The notes beneath the pieces were generated by a model. The model worked only from the letters and a program-made list of their open reading frames with translations. It did not search any database and was not told the origin of the DNA. From Staphylococcus phage pSco-10, in sequence record KX011028.1: a DNA stretch of 64,000 nucleotides; one strand, given 5' to 3'. Shown here one piece after another: positions 31,682-42,700 of the stretch (positions are counted from its first letter, which is position 1; each line of letters begins with the position of its first letter). Both the position numbers and the translations under genes were made by a program.

Positions 31682-32386
31682 CTATTCAAATAAAGCAAAA
31701 ATTCCTTCCTCGTCTTGTCCTAAAACAAAATTTATTGATTCTTCAACAGATTTTATCTCTACTGAAAATTGTCCTGAATAAACATTACCTTGTATTTTCC
31801 AATCAACTAAGTTAGCTGATTTTACTCTATTATCTGCTGTTAATGTTCTCAATACTTCCATTTCAATTAATGTAGCTTGTTCAGGTATATTAAGACCAAA
31901 TAAATTATGCAAATCTGAACCATAGTTAGGGTGAAGCATTAAAGAACCTCTAGGGGTTAATAACCGTGCCTGTAATTGTTGCTTCATGTTGTCTATACCT
32001 TTTACAGTATCTAAATCCCCATTACCATTTGTACTAAATGCTAGTATATTATCACTAGTACCATGCTCATTAAAATATTTTTCATCTGCAGTAATATTTA
32101 AATCTCTTCCTAAAGCTAATTCAACTAATACATCTTTATCTCTAGAATTAATCTCTTTTGCAGATACATCCGTTAAATCAGATTCTATCGGTATAATAAT
32201 TGTATCCCCTGTAGAAGCTAGCCTTTCAGGGTCTTGCATTTTCTCTTCATCAGTTTCTACTATATAAGGATACTTTAAGTTATTATGTTCTACTAAGTCT
32301 ATCCAGTAACTAACATCCCCATAATATCTTTGTGCTATGGCTTGCATCGTTTCTTCATGTTGAACTATATGCTTCTTAAATCTCAT
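31682..32386 (-). CDS. baseplate protein with N-terminal LysM-like motif
   Basis: ETMQAIAQRYYGDVSYWIDLVEHNNL...GDTIIIP resembles the LysM consensus. Confidence 0.45.
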   Translation of the reverse strand: MRFKKHIVQHEETMQAIAQRYYGDVSYWIDLVEHNNLKYPYIVETDEEKMQDPERLASTGDTIIIPIESDLTDVSAKEINSRDKDVLVELALGRDLNITADEKYFNEHGTSDNILAFSTNGNGDLDTVKGIDNMKQQLQARLLTPRGSLMLHPNYGSDLHNLFGLNIPEQATLIEMEVLRTLTADNRVKSANLVDWKIQGNVYSGQFSVEIKSVEESINFVLGQDEEGIFALFE

Positions 32387-32910
32387 TATACGTTAGCCTC
32401 CTTTTTAATTAGAGGTAATTGTAATTCTATAGCACTAAAACATAAATCTAAGTCTCTTAAGTCTAGGACAACACTATTGTAATCATCATAGTTTCCTAGG
32501 TAATCTGCTACATAATTTAAATTTTCTCTTGTTATTCTAACATCTTCTTCAGTTAAATATTTTAGAGAACTTGGGTTTTCTACAAAACAATTAACGATAG
32601 CATATGCTTCAAGTACAATAGATTGAAGAATCATATACATTCTTGGGGCTTGTACTTTTAGTAACGTATTATTAGCTTTATGAATAATTGTATTATCATT
32701 AAATTCTCTTTCTAATACAGGTATATCATCTGTCTTTATATTTGTCAATACTTTTTTTGCTAATTCACTTAATTGTAGTTGTGGTGTATAAAATTTAGAT
32801 ACAAATGACACCTCTTCATCAAGTAAGTTCATATTAGATGCTGTTAAATCTGTGTCTAAGGCATTTAGAAACCTAAGTAATCCTTGGGGTTGTGGTATAA
32901 AATTATTCAT
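32386..32910 (-). CDS. hypothetical baseplate protein
   Basis: 174 aa ORF, start/stop overlaps its neighbours. Confidence 0.4.
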   Translation of the reverse strand: MNNFIPQPQGLLRFLNALDTDLTASNMNLLDEEVSFVSKFYTPQLQLSELAKKVLTNIKTDDIPVLEREFNDNTIIHKANNTLLKVQAPRMYMILQSIVLEAYAIVNCFVENPSSLKYLTEEDVRITRENLNYVADYLGNYDDYNSVVLDLRDLDLCFSAIELQLPLIKKEANV

Positions 32911-33701
32911 TAGCTAGATACACCTCCATCACCATAACCTATTATTAAAGCCATATTATCAATATTACCTTTTAATCCATTAGTAGATTGTCTAGGATTA
33001 TATACAGAGCTACTAGGGAAACTTTGCTTTAACCTATTACCCTCGTTTGTATTATCTCCTGTAGAGTTTGGTATTGTATTTTCCCTTCTAGATATTTCTT
33101 GATTATTTCTATCTCTCGTTTTACGAGCATTTTTATCTAACTCTTTTACACCTTCATCTACTCTTTGAGAAGCGTTAGGATTAACATTACCAAACTCTTC
33201 TGTTGTTACAGCACTTCTATCTGCTTCTGTTAATGAGCCAATAACTACTAATGTTATTTCATATCTAAAAAGTAACGGTTCATCTTTAGACCTAGATACT
33301 TTTAATCCTTGGGGTGCTAAGTGCACTTTATAGTAACTATCATCTGTAAAATTAAAGAATTGTAAGTAAGAACCGCTTACATTACCGCTACCACCTTGCA
33401 TAGCGTATTCATTAACTCTACTCTGTAACTCTTCCATTTTCTGCTTACCTGTTTTTAATCCATTTACTTCTCTAACTGGTCTAAATCCAGTAGTACCTGA
33501 GAAGTTAATAACTTCTATGTCTTTACCGTAATCTTCTATTACAATATCTGATTTTGTTTTAATTGCTGTTGTACGTTGTGGTGAATCTATTGTGTAATTC
33601 TCAGGGTTAACTTTAAATCTATACATATCATAACCACCGCCCTCTTTAGGGAAACGTAAAGCTATTCTATGAAGGTTACTTGTTCCATCTGATTGTGGCA
33701 T
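32910..33701 (-). CDS. hypothetical tail/baseplate protein
   Basis: 263 aa; Shine-Dalgarno AAAAGGAGAGG. Confidence 0.45.
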   Translation of the reverse strand: MPQSDGTSNLHRIALRFPKEGGGYDMYRFKVNPENYTIDSPQRTTAIKTKSDIVIEDYGKDIEVINFSGTTGFRPVREVNGLKTGKQKMEELQSRVNEYAMQGGSGNVSGSYLQFFNFTDDSYYKVHLAPQGLKVSRSKDEPLLFRYEITLVVIGSLTEADRSAVTTEEFGNVNPNASQRVDEGVKELDKNARKTRDRNNQEISRRENTIPNSTGDNTNEGNRLKQSFPSSSVYNPRQSTNGLKGNIDNMALIIGYGDGGVSS

Positions 33702-33773
33702 TTTATCCTCTCCTTTTTAGTATGTATATAAATCTCATACTACTAATATATCACGAACTAGTTTAAATTACAA

Positions 33774-33802
33774 CTAAAAAAAGACCTAAATTAATAGGTC
33801 TT
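33774..33802 (-). terminator. rho-independent terminator
   Basis: AAGACCTA(aattaa)TAGGTCTT followed by T7 on the minus strand. Confidence 0.55.
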
Positions 33803-33807
33803 TAATA

Positions 33808-36363
33808 TTAAATCTTTTTATATTCATCTAGGTAGTTTGTAAAGAATCCATCTACACCCATTTGTATTAAACTTTGCATTTCATCTGTTGTGTTTACAGT
33901 CCATGCATGTACTTTAAGTCCTTTACTATGTGCTAAGTCTACTAACTCTTTAGTTATAGTTGTATACTTAGGAGCAATAGCATAAGAACCATAACTTAAG
34001 CAATCGTCCATTTCTGCTTCTGAGAAGGTACTTGTTAAGTAAGCTAGAGGTATATTAGAGAATTGATTATGAATATTAATTAATGATTCTCTAGCAAATG
34101 ATTGTATAATTACTTGGAATCTCTCTGAACCTATTCCTATTAGTCCTTTTGCTTTTAATTGAGTTAATAACTCTTTATCCATATTAACATCAAATGGACG
34201 TTTAGTTTCTATATAGTATTTAACTTCTGTTCCAAAATGATTTAATACATCATCAAGAGATGGTATTGGTTCTCCATTAAGGGATGTGAAGTTAGTTTGG
34301 ATATAAGATAAAGTCATGTCTGCTACTTTACCTGTTCCTGTTGTTGTTCTGTCAATAGTAGAATCATGCATACACAATAACTTGTTATCTTTTGTCAATT
34401 GTAAATCTAACTCTATATAATCTGCACCTTTATCTAAAGCCATTTGATATCCTTTTATTGTATGCTCATCTGTATATCCAGTTGCCCCTCTATGACCAAT
34501 AAGCATAAAGTCTTTTTCCATAGTTTCAGTTTCTAATTCTATAGCTTCAATACTAAACCATGTATAAGGGTCTGCCCTAAATTGTCTGTCACCTTCTGAA
34601 TCTTGGTAAACTTCAAACTCAAAGTAATCCCCTTCTTTGACAGGGATAACTCCACTAGTACCGTTCTGAGGAGCTGTAGAGATAGCTACATCCCTTGTAT
34701 AAGGTAATCCTAGACTATAAGTACCATTCTTTAATATCCTAAGCATACGTTGTCCTGTAGCGTTAGAATCCCATAGTACATTACCTGCAACTCTTACTTT
34801 TGTTATTCCTTTAGGGATAACCAATCTAGTAGGGTTATTAGAATCCCAAAACTCTGCGTTATTATAAGTAACTTTACTCCAAGGTATTGGCATATATGTT
34901 TTCGGAGGTACAGTAACATTTTCCTCTAACTGTATCATAGCACCTATATGCTCTCCTCTATCTGAAATTATTTTATCTGCACTGTTATTATTGTTATTAT
35001 TGTTCTCTAATGCTGTTAACCTAGTTTTGATATTTGGTATTTCAGTTTTCTCTAGGTTATTAACTGTAGTTTTTAAATTATTAACATCTGTTTTCATACC
35101 AGGGAAATTCTGATTTACTTCATTAATAACAGTAGAAGCATCTTCATAAAAATCTTTAAAAGTCTCATCTCTAAATTTTTGGAATTGAGTTATAATACCC
35201 TCAGTTCTACCACTAACCTCTGATATCTGAGTTGTAAGTCTATTAACATCTGAAGTTGCTTTTTTAGATGCCTCTATAGACTCTTTTGTAGATTCTATTA
35301 ATTCTTCTAAATTATCCTTACCTACACCCTCAAGAAGATAGTTTATATCATCTAGTTCTTTTTTTATTTCATTTAAATTATTCATAGCCTCTGCTATACT
35401 CTCATCTAAGTTTTCTAGCATAGGCTTATCATCTATATAAATTCCTTCATCTGTAAATTCAAATTTATGCTTATCATTTTTAATATAAAATTTATTATCT
35501 TCACTAATACCATACTCAATCCAAACTTGAGCTTCATCTAACATTAGGTCATCATCTTGTTTAATAACCCTATAAGAACCATCACTTGACATTTCTTGTG
35601 TAGTTCTCTTCTGTGTTTCTGTATTTAAAACTGAAGCTCTGATATCTCCTCTTTCAGATATAAATAGAGTAGTTATGTGATTATCCGGCGTACCATCATC
35701 ATAAAAAACTCCTTGATGCTTGAATAACATGTTAGGAGCCTTTTGTATTCTAGGCTCAATTAGTGTCTTATTACCGTAATAAGAAGTAAATAAATCTTGA
35801 TACTCTGTTCCAGTATAGAAATCTGTTGCTTGAGGTTTCTCTTCTTCTCCGGATGTCATAGAAAAGAATGACTTACCATTAAAAGTTTTAATACTTGTTC
35901 CTTCACCATCATCATACTTATAATTTAAAGATGGAAGTATCTCATATAGTGCACTACTATATTTATAAACACTATCCGTATCAAATTTACCTCCGTCTAG
36001 AGGGTTAGTATTAATCATTTTATTTTGTTCATTATCACCATACACACTTAGAATAATAGGACTGTTTATATCATCATTTAGAAACCCTATTAATACTACG
36101 GAGCCCTCAGTAATAAGTGGTTTTGTACCAAATACACTTCCTTCAGGTGTTCTACCTATGAAAGATTTAGGATAAGGTACAGCTAGACTACCATCATCAC
36201 CTATACGGCTTCCTAAAGTCAAGTTATTAACCTTAACTTCTACTGATTGGTATTTATAGTTAATTTTACTAACTGTAGCTAAAACTAACCCTTTTACATT
36301 TAAATCATCTGAATCTACTCTTTTTAAACTTCTTCCCATGGAAGATTGGAATCTTACTACCAT
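33808..36363 (-). CDS. tail protein with C-terminal glycerophosphodiester phosphodiesterase (GDPD) domain
   Basis: C-terminal MLIGHRGATGYTDEHTIKGYQMALDKGADYIELDLQLTKDNKLLCMHDSTIDRTT is a canonical GDPD signature. Confidence 0.75.
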   Translation of the reverse strand: MVVRFQSSMGRSLKRVDSDDLNVKGLVLATVSKINYKYQSVEVKVNNLTLGSRIGDDGSLAVPYPKSFIGRTPEGSVFGTKPLITEGSVVLIGFLNDDINSPIILSVYGDNEQNKMINTNPLDGGKFDTDSVYKYSSALYEILPSLNYKYDDGEGTSIKTFNGKSFFSMTSGEEEKPQATDFYTGTEYQDLFTSYYGNKTLIEPRIQKAPNMLFKHQGVFYDDGTPDNHITTLFISERGDIRASVLNTETQKRTTQEMSSDGSYRVIKQDDDLMLDEAQVWIEYGISEDNKFYIKNDKHKFEFTDEGIYIDDKPMLENLDESIAEAMNNLNEIKKELDDINYLLEGVGKDNLEELIESTKESIEASKKATSDVNRLTTQISEVSGRTEGIITQFQKFRDETFKDFYEDASTVINEVNQNFPGMKTDVNNLKTTVNNLEKTEIPNIKTRLTALENNNNNNNSADKIISDRGEHIGAMIQLEENVTVPPKTYMPIPWSKVTYNNAEFWDSNNPTRLVIPKGITKVRVAGNVLWDSNATGQRMLRILKNGTYSLGLPYTRDVAISTAPQNGTSGVIPVKEGDYFEFEVYQDSEGDRQFRADPYTWFSIEAIELETETMEKDFMLIGHRGATGYTDEHTIKGYQMALDKGADYIELDLQLTKDNKLLCMHDSTIDRTTTGTGKVADMTLSYIQTNFTSLNGEPIPSLDDVLNHFGTEVKYYIETKRPFDVNMDKELLTQLKAKGLIGIGSERFQVIIQSFARESLINIHNQFSNIPLAYLTSTFSEAEMDDCLSYGSYAIAPKYTTITKELVDLAHSKGLKVHAWTVNTTDEMQSLIQMGVDGFFTNYLDEYKKI

Positions 36364-37250
36364 TAAATATACACCTCTTCATCAAATCTCATAACTCTTC
36401 CGTTAAATTCATTCCAATAATCATCAAGCTTGTATTTACCTATAGGTGTTTCATCTTTAGGGAATTTACCTATCATAGATATAAACTCCCCATCACCTAC
36501 ATAAATACCTATATTAGTATCACTTCTACCAAAGAATAATATATCTCCAACTATAAATTTACTAACATCTACTTTATACTTATGTCCTTTACCAAAGACA
36601 GTAAAAAATCTACCTTCCGTAAAGAAATAGTTAATATTCATAGGGTAAGCTAATTCCTCGTCTTCACTTAAATAAAGCCAATATAATAAATTATAAGTAT
36701 CTATATAAACATCTTTATCTGTTGCAAAAGGATTCTCTTTAGGAGCACCCTTGAACATATACTTTATATTTGATAGGGATTTAAGATTATCATTTAAGTC
36801 TAATGCTAGTATCGTACTTAATGGTACATCCTCATTAAATATATATTCTTCTTCCATATATTCCCCATACAACACATCTTGTATCTCATCAAAGTAATCT
36901 ATTAATAACTCTTGATTTCTTTCTATTAAATGAACTGTTAAAGTGGATAAAGAATCTGTAGGTATAGACCTGTTATCCGTTAAATAACTTACTTTCCTAA
37001 AACTTAATTCTGCTTCTATATCATATCCATTATTAGAAAATGATTCATATTGTACATGTTGAGGGCTAAGGCTCTGTATTACACCAACATAAGGTCGTAT
37101 ATACACAACCTTCTCATACATATCTTCTGTAGTTATTTTTTTAATTTCTTCGTCTTTTTCTTTAACTCTTTCCATAGTTAATACATCAAAATTAAATACA
37201 TTATCTATAAACTTATCAATAACATCTTTAGCTTCTTTATCTGTTGCCAT
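36363..37250 (-). CDS. tail protein with NlpC/P60-like peptidase motif
   Basis: C-terminal GDILFFGRSDTNIGIYVGDGEFISMIG resembles the NlpC/P60 His region. Confidence 0.35.
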   Translation of the reverse strand: MATDKEAKDVIDKFIDNVFNFDVLTMERVKEKDEEIKKITTEDMYEKVVYIRPYVGVIQSLSPQHVQYESFSNNGYDIEAELSFRKVSYLTDNRSIPTDSLSTLTVHLIERNQELLIDYFDEIQDVLYGEYMEEEYIFNEDVPLSTILALDLNDNLKSLSNIKYMFKGAPKENPFATDKDVYIDTYNLLYWLYLSEDEELAYPMNINYFFTEGRFFTVFGKGHKYKVDVSKFIVGDILFFGRSDTNIGIYVGDGEFISMIGKFPKDETPIGKYKLDDYWNEFNGRVMRFDEEVYI

Positions 37251-37263
37251 AAACTATCCTCCT

Positions 37264-39696
37264 TTATTTCTTATCATAAATGAATTGAGCATTTTTACCT
37301 ATAGCTGAACTCATGTCTATAGTTCTAGTACCATACCCATTAGGGGTAGCCCAGTTATGTTCAGAGATAAATATTTTTTTACCTCCGTCTAAAACTTTCT
37401 CAACAAAAGCAACATGACCATATTGAGCACTACCTCCTTGAACTCCTCTCTGCCATATAACACAGGCACCTTGCTTAGGTGTTTTACCTACACCATACCC
37501 TGCACTTTTAGCTCCACCAATCCAGTCGGCGGCATCCCCCCATAAAGGCACAGGAATGCCTAATTCACCTCTTCTGTTATAAGCATACCAAGTACACTGA
37601 TACTTGTAGTGTCGGTTACCTGGTTGAACAAAATTTGAGTCATGTTTAGGGAGTTTACCATTATATTTTTTAAGTGAATCTAAAGAGCCACCATCTTGGG
37701 TTCCTCCACTATCAGAACCACTATCCTTATCTCCACTGCTTTTCTTCTCTTCTACACCTTTTTCTTTAAGTTCTTTAGAAGTATCCTCACCCATAAGACC
37801 TCCCATGAAGTCCGATGATTGGTTCCATAGTCCTGCAAATCTGTGAGGGCTACCTTTACCATCTTCCAGGATAGCATCTTTTAAACCTCTAGTTACTCCT
37901 ACAGTGGTATAGTAACCTTGTTTGTAATCAAACGTATGTTCTACAGATTCAATGTAGAACTCCCAAGTGTCTCCTCGTTGCTTATCCTCGATAAATAATC
38001 TTTTACCTAAATCATATTTAGGGTCACCTAGAACAATAATATCACCTGCGTAAAAGTTAGGGTTACCATGATACCAATTAAATAACATTCTAGAGAACAT
38101 AGCTAAAGGACTATCACTTGCATCTGAGCCCGTATCAGTAGCTATATTACTCACACCTTCTATAGCTTTAAGGTATTTATCAAAAGCCTCATCATTAGGT
38201 GGTTCTCCTTTGTATTTAATATATTCATCTAGCAAAGTTGTAGCGTGTGTTTTATTACCAAAACGATATTTAGTTGTCAATTCTTTAAGTGCATCTTTTT
38301 TAGCCTTTTTCTTTTTCTTAGAATTATTAAAATCATCTTGTGTTTTAAACTTCTCTTTTAGTATACTCTTTAATTTATCTTTTGTCAACTTCGGTCTGTT
38401 ATCTGATGTTAATTCATCGTCTACTTTGTTACCTGTTATCTCTTCGTATTCTTTCTCTGTTACTTTTCCTTCTTTGACAAACTTATCTATAATTTTTTTA
38501 GCTTGAGCTTTTTTTAAGTTTTTGTATTTTGAAGATAATTTACTGGTATATTTATCTATACCTTTAGATACATTATCTCTTCCATAGTTACTTAAATCCT
38601 TCATAATTTTAGAATAAGTTCCTCTTTCAGTACCGTTATCATCACCTGAAGAATCTGAGTCTTCAGTAGCTGAACCTGATTTAGTACTAAGATAAATATT
38701 TTCTACTTCAAATTTAGTATACCCATATCTATCAGTCAATTCAGGGTGAAATTGTGGTTTAGAAAATACATCACCGTTAAGTTCTTTTAACATACCTGCA
38801 GGTGTAGCTGTAAATATAGAATATGTCTCTATATCACTTTTACCTACATCTTCTTCAATAAAGTCTTCAGTAGGTACTTTAATCATATCTAAAGCTCTCC
38901 ACTCAGTAGGATTAAAAGGTGTTTTTCTTAATACAAGTTGTGCTTTACCTGGTGTTTTTTCAGAGTTTTTGAAGAATAATTCATTAAAAGGTCTAGCTGT
39001 AACCATATCCATTAACTGTTTTAATGACCCATCAAAATTAGTAAACGCTGAAACTTCTGTAAGTTTCTCAAACTCATCCCAACTACTTAAATCATCATAA
39101 TCAAGATAATTATCTATTGTATTATATGTTTTTTCAGTGTAGTTATACTTCATATATGGTATGAATCTACGTATAATTCCTGTCATTACTTCATGGGCTG
39201 AGCTACCAGTAAATTTTACTTCATTATCTCCATCACCATCAATAAGCCAACCGACTTCAGGTAATACAGCTTGAACCTCTTGAATAACACCTAATCCAAA
39301 TTTCATAAATGGTTTTACAAAAGATTGACCTGTTATTCTAAATTGAGTTTGGTCGTTACCATAACTACCTACTTTTGATACTTGAGAGACCATACCTACT
39401 TGGATGAGTCGTTCTTGTCTTCCTTCTTTATCATTAGGGTCATCATTAGGAGTAATAAATATTCTTATAATATCATTAGCCATAACTAACTTATCCCAAT
39501 AAGTATCTCCTGCCATATTGATTTTGAAAACTGAACTATCATCTTCCATAGAGTTTTTAGTTTGAAATCCTAAAAGTTTAGCTCCAAATTCATCACCAGT
39601 ATAATCTCGTGTATCTTCAAATCTTAATGTAAATGTATTATCATCTGTAACAATTTCTATTCTTACCTTAGGTCTTCTTATTCTACGCATATACAC
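37264..39696 (-). CDS. tail-associated lysin with C-terminal CHAP domain
   Basis: C-terminal QCTWYAYNRRGELG (Cys) and GHVAFVEKV (His) match CHAP; 810 aa. Confidence 0.8.
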   Translation of the reverse strand: MYMRRIRRPKVRIEIVTDDNTFTLRFEDTRDYTGDEFGAKLLGFQTKNSMEDDSSVFKINMAGDTYWDKLVMANDIIRIFITPNDDPNDKEGRQERLIQVGMVSQVSKVGSYGNDQTQFRITGQSFVKPFMKFGLGVIQEVQAVLPEVGWLIDGDGDNEVKFTGSSAHEVMTGIIRRFIPYMKYNYTEKTYNTIDNYLDYDDLSSWDEFEKLTEVSAFTNFDGSLKQLMDMVTARPFNELFFKNSEKTPGKAQLVLRKTPFNPTEWRALDMIKVPTEDFIEEDVGKSDIETYSIFTATPAGMLKELNGDVFSKPQFHPELTDRYGYTKFEVENIYLSTKSGSATEDSDSSGDDNGTERGTYSKIMKDLSNYGRDNVSKGIDKYTSKLSSKYKNLKKAQAKKIIDKFVKEGKVTEKEYEEITGNKVDDELTSDNRPKLTKDKLKSILKEKFKTQDDFNNSKKKKKAKKDALKELTTKYRFGNKTHATTLLDEYIKYKGEPPNDEAFDKYLKAIEGVSNIATDTGSDASDSPLAMFSRMLFNWYHGNPNFYAGDIIVLGDPKYDLGKRLFIEDKQRGDTWEFYIESVEHTFDYKQGYYTTVGVTRGLKDAILEDGKGSPHRFAGLWNQSSDFMGGLMGEDTSKELKEKGVEEKKSSGDKDSGSDSGGTQDGGSLDSLKKYNGKLPKHDSNFVQPGNRHYKYQCTWYAYNRRGELGIPVPLWGDAADWIGGAKSAGYGVGKTPKQGACVIWQRGVQGGSAQYGHVAFVEKVLDGGKKIFISEHNWATPNGYGTRTIDMSSAIGKNAQFIYDKK

Positions 39697-39729
39697 ATAC
39701 TTCCTTTTATTTTTTATATGTATAAGAGT

Positions 39730-39758
39730 AGTATACTATGATACTACTCTTGTGTCAA
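39730..39758 (-). promoter_or_regulatory. consensus sigma-A promoter (TTGACA, 17 bp spacer, TATACT); the spacer holds a near-palindrome AGTAGTAT-CAT-AGTATACTACT
   Basis: Seen on the minus strand between the tape-measure stop and the lysin start. Confidence 0.45.
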
Positions 39759-39768
39759 TACAAAATTA

Positions 39769-42700
39769 CTAATAACTTCTTTTATGTTCATTTGCAAAGA
39801 TATCCATGTTACTATCTAGAACATCTCTAATTCTTCCTCCGATAATGTCTCCAGTTTCTTCAGGATTATTTCCACCTTGAACGTTAACATTAACTGTTAT
39901 TCTGTTAGTTGTAGAGGCATTAGAAGCATCGTTAGAGCCTGTGTAGTTAGAACCAGTAGTTAATATAGGGTTACTCATAGCTTCTTGATAAGTAGAGGAT
40001 AGAGCTCCTCCTCCTCCACCGCCAGAACCGCCTCCGCCATATTTTTTCTTATAGGCTTTAGCTTTATTGATACGGGTACTCATCATAGCCTCATTTGCTC
40101 CCATACGTTCAAACCCGTTAGCAAAGGCAGTTGCATTTTTCTCTAAACTAGCATTTTCACTCCATCCGGCATTTTTTAGCATATCTGAATCATAGCCGGA
40201 TTCCATTTCTTTCCATAGGTAGTCTAGTTGAACATCTAAGTCATTAGATTTTTTACCTTGTTTCTTAGCAAAGTTATCTAATCCTGTTTTTCTATCTCCT
40301 AACCACTGAGCAATACCAAATGCTCCACTAGAAGAATTTTTTGCGTTAGGGTCAAGTTTAGATTCTTGGTATAAGTTACCCATAACAGCTCCAACCTGAT
40401 TGTCAGATAGTCCTTTTCCTTTAAGGAACTTATAAATCTTCTCTGCGCCTTCACCGCCTACATCAGATGCGGAGCCTCCTGAATTTCCACCGTCTTCAGT
40501 TCCTCCATCTATATTAATACCCTTAGCACTCTCAATAATTTTCTGAGCTCTATCAAGTAAATCACTATAGATTTTAAGGTTCTTAGTTTCAGATTGGTTA
40601 TTCTTTTCTCTAAGCTGTTCTGCTGTCATTTTTTCTTTCTTCTTAGTATCCCCTTTAACACCTTTAACGCCTTTCTTCTTATCTTTACTATCTTCTTCAG
40701 ATGCTTCAGCGTCACTATCAAAGAGACCTGTTATACCGTTCCATGCTTTAGATAAAGGTTTTCCTATTAGAGAATCTTGGAATTTATTCTTACCGTCCTT
40801 ATCTCCGTTAGACCATCCTAGGTTCCATCCTTCTTTAGTGCCAGCTTTTTTAGCCATGTCTCCGACTTTTTCACCGACAGCTCCACCACCGAAGGAACCT
40901 ATAGCTCCACCTATTAAAGCTCCAGGTATTGCACCTACACCACCAAATAAAGCTCCTATAGAAGCTCCTGCTGATGCACCTGCCATTCCGCCACCCATAG
41001 AGCCTAATCCTCCACCGATAGCTTTACTATCTCCGGAAGCTAAGGCAGGTATTAGTGATAATGCAGATGTAGCAACACCTAAAACTCCGGCTCCTTTTCC
41101 AAGTCCACCTGCAAGTTTTCCTAGTTTTCCTAGTCCGCTACCGCCTGCTTTTGGTGATTGTGAAAGGATACCATTTTTACCTCCATCACCAAACTTATCA
41201 GCAAATTTACCATAGGCACCTTTACCTTTGTTTAATAAGCTACCGGTACCATCTTTTATTTTTCCACCTAGACCTTTGAAATTCTTAGGATTAAGAATAC
41301 TTCCACCGAATTCCGATTTACCAGTGTCAAATAAACCTTTACCGGTTTTTTTACCTAGGTCTTTGGTTCTTCCTAAGTATTCTCCCATAGTAAAATCTCT
41401 GTTTTTAGGGTTTAAATGGTCAAATAATCCCTTACCAGTTTTCTTAGTACTATCCCAAACACCTTTAAATTGTTCTTTTCCTGAACGAGAACCACCTTTT
41501 TTATTTTTACCGCCTAAAAGTTTATCTCCTAGTAACATACCGCCTGAAAGGGCTTCTCCTCCAAAGCTCTTAGCTTTTTCAAACATGCTACCTACTCTAG
41601 AACCACCGGAAGTTCCCCCACCATTAGGTGTTTTAGGATTATTATTAGCGTATTTTTGTCTACCAGGGCTTGTTCCTGGAGGTGGGGTTCCTCCTCCTTT
41701 ATTATTCTTACCTCTTCTTCCTAAAGCTTTAGCCCCTTTACCAATTAAATGACCTGCACCAAATTGAGATGCTGAAGCAAGTAATGAAGCTGTGAATGCT
41801 CCTATAGCTCCTATAGCTAAATATACAGGAGCAGGCAGTCCTGCTAAGGCACTATGAGCATCTCTTAATGGTTGAGCTAAATCATAAGTATCTTCTGCTT
41901 TATCATCCGTCTTAGCTTTATTTTGGTCATTTTTACCTGACTTAGACTCCTTGTAATCAGTGGCGTTATCTTCTCCTTCTTTTTTACCTTCTTTTTCCAT
42001 TTTCTTAGCTTTTTTAGCTAACTCTTCTTTAGATAATTTTCCGGATTGAGCATCTTTAAATATCTCATCAGATTGCTCCATAGTAAGGTTGGCACCTATT
42101 TCTTTCATACTTCTATTAAATAGGTATTTTTGTTCTTTTTCACTTCCACCCATTTGAGTAGCCATATCAGCCATATCTGTCAAGTTTTCAGGATTAGATA
42201 TCCCTTCATCCATACGTTTTTGTAAATCGTATCCACCTTCAAGACCTTGGTACTGTGTTCCCCATCCCATTGCTATACGAGCATAAGAACTATTCATACC
42301 ATTTTTAAGTCCTTGGTCTATACTATTAATAGCATTGGCACCTTGTTCACCTTGTAATCCTTTACTTCCTGACTCTGCAAAAGTAGATTGCATAGCAGTA
42401 AGATTACTCATTTGGTCTTTAGTTAAAGTTCTTCCTTCTCCTGATTGTTCAGCTATAGAACCTAATGCTTTAAGTTGCTCATCTTGACGACCAACCATAC
42501 CTGATTGTTTAATACCGCCTAGGAATGCATCTTGCATTTCCTTCATGTTATCGGAATTTACTCCACCAGTGTGCATTATTTGTCCCATAGACTCCTGATA
42601 AGCTTCTTGGTCTTGTATTCCTAATGAACGTCCTCCAATAGCAAGTTGTTTAGTTCCTGCCATTGTATCCTCATCACTTTTATGTCCTACTGATGATTCA

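Noticed and set aside
40800-41800. Gly/Pro-rich plus-strand ORFs and G-rich DNA repeats that might be taken for a separate repeat element
   Set aside because: They are the antisense image of Gly-rich (GGKNKKGG-type) repeats inside the tape-measure gene on the minus strand.
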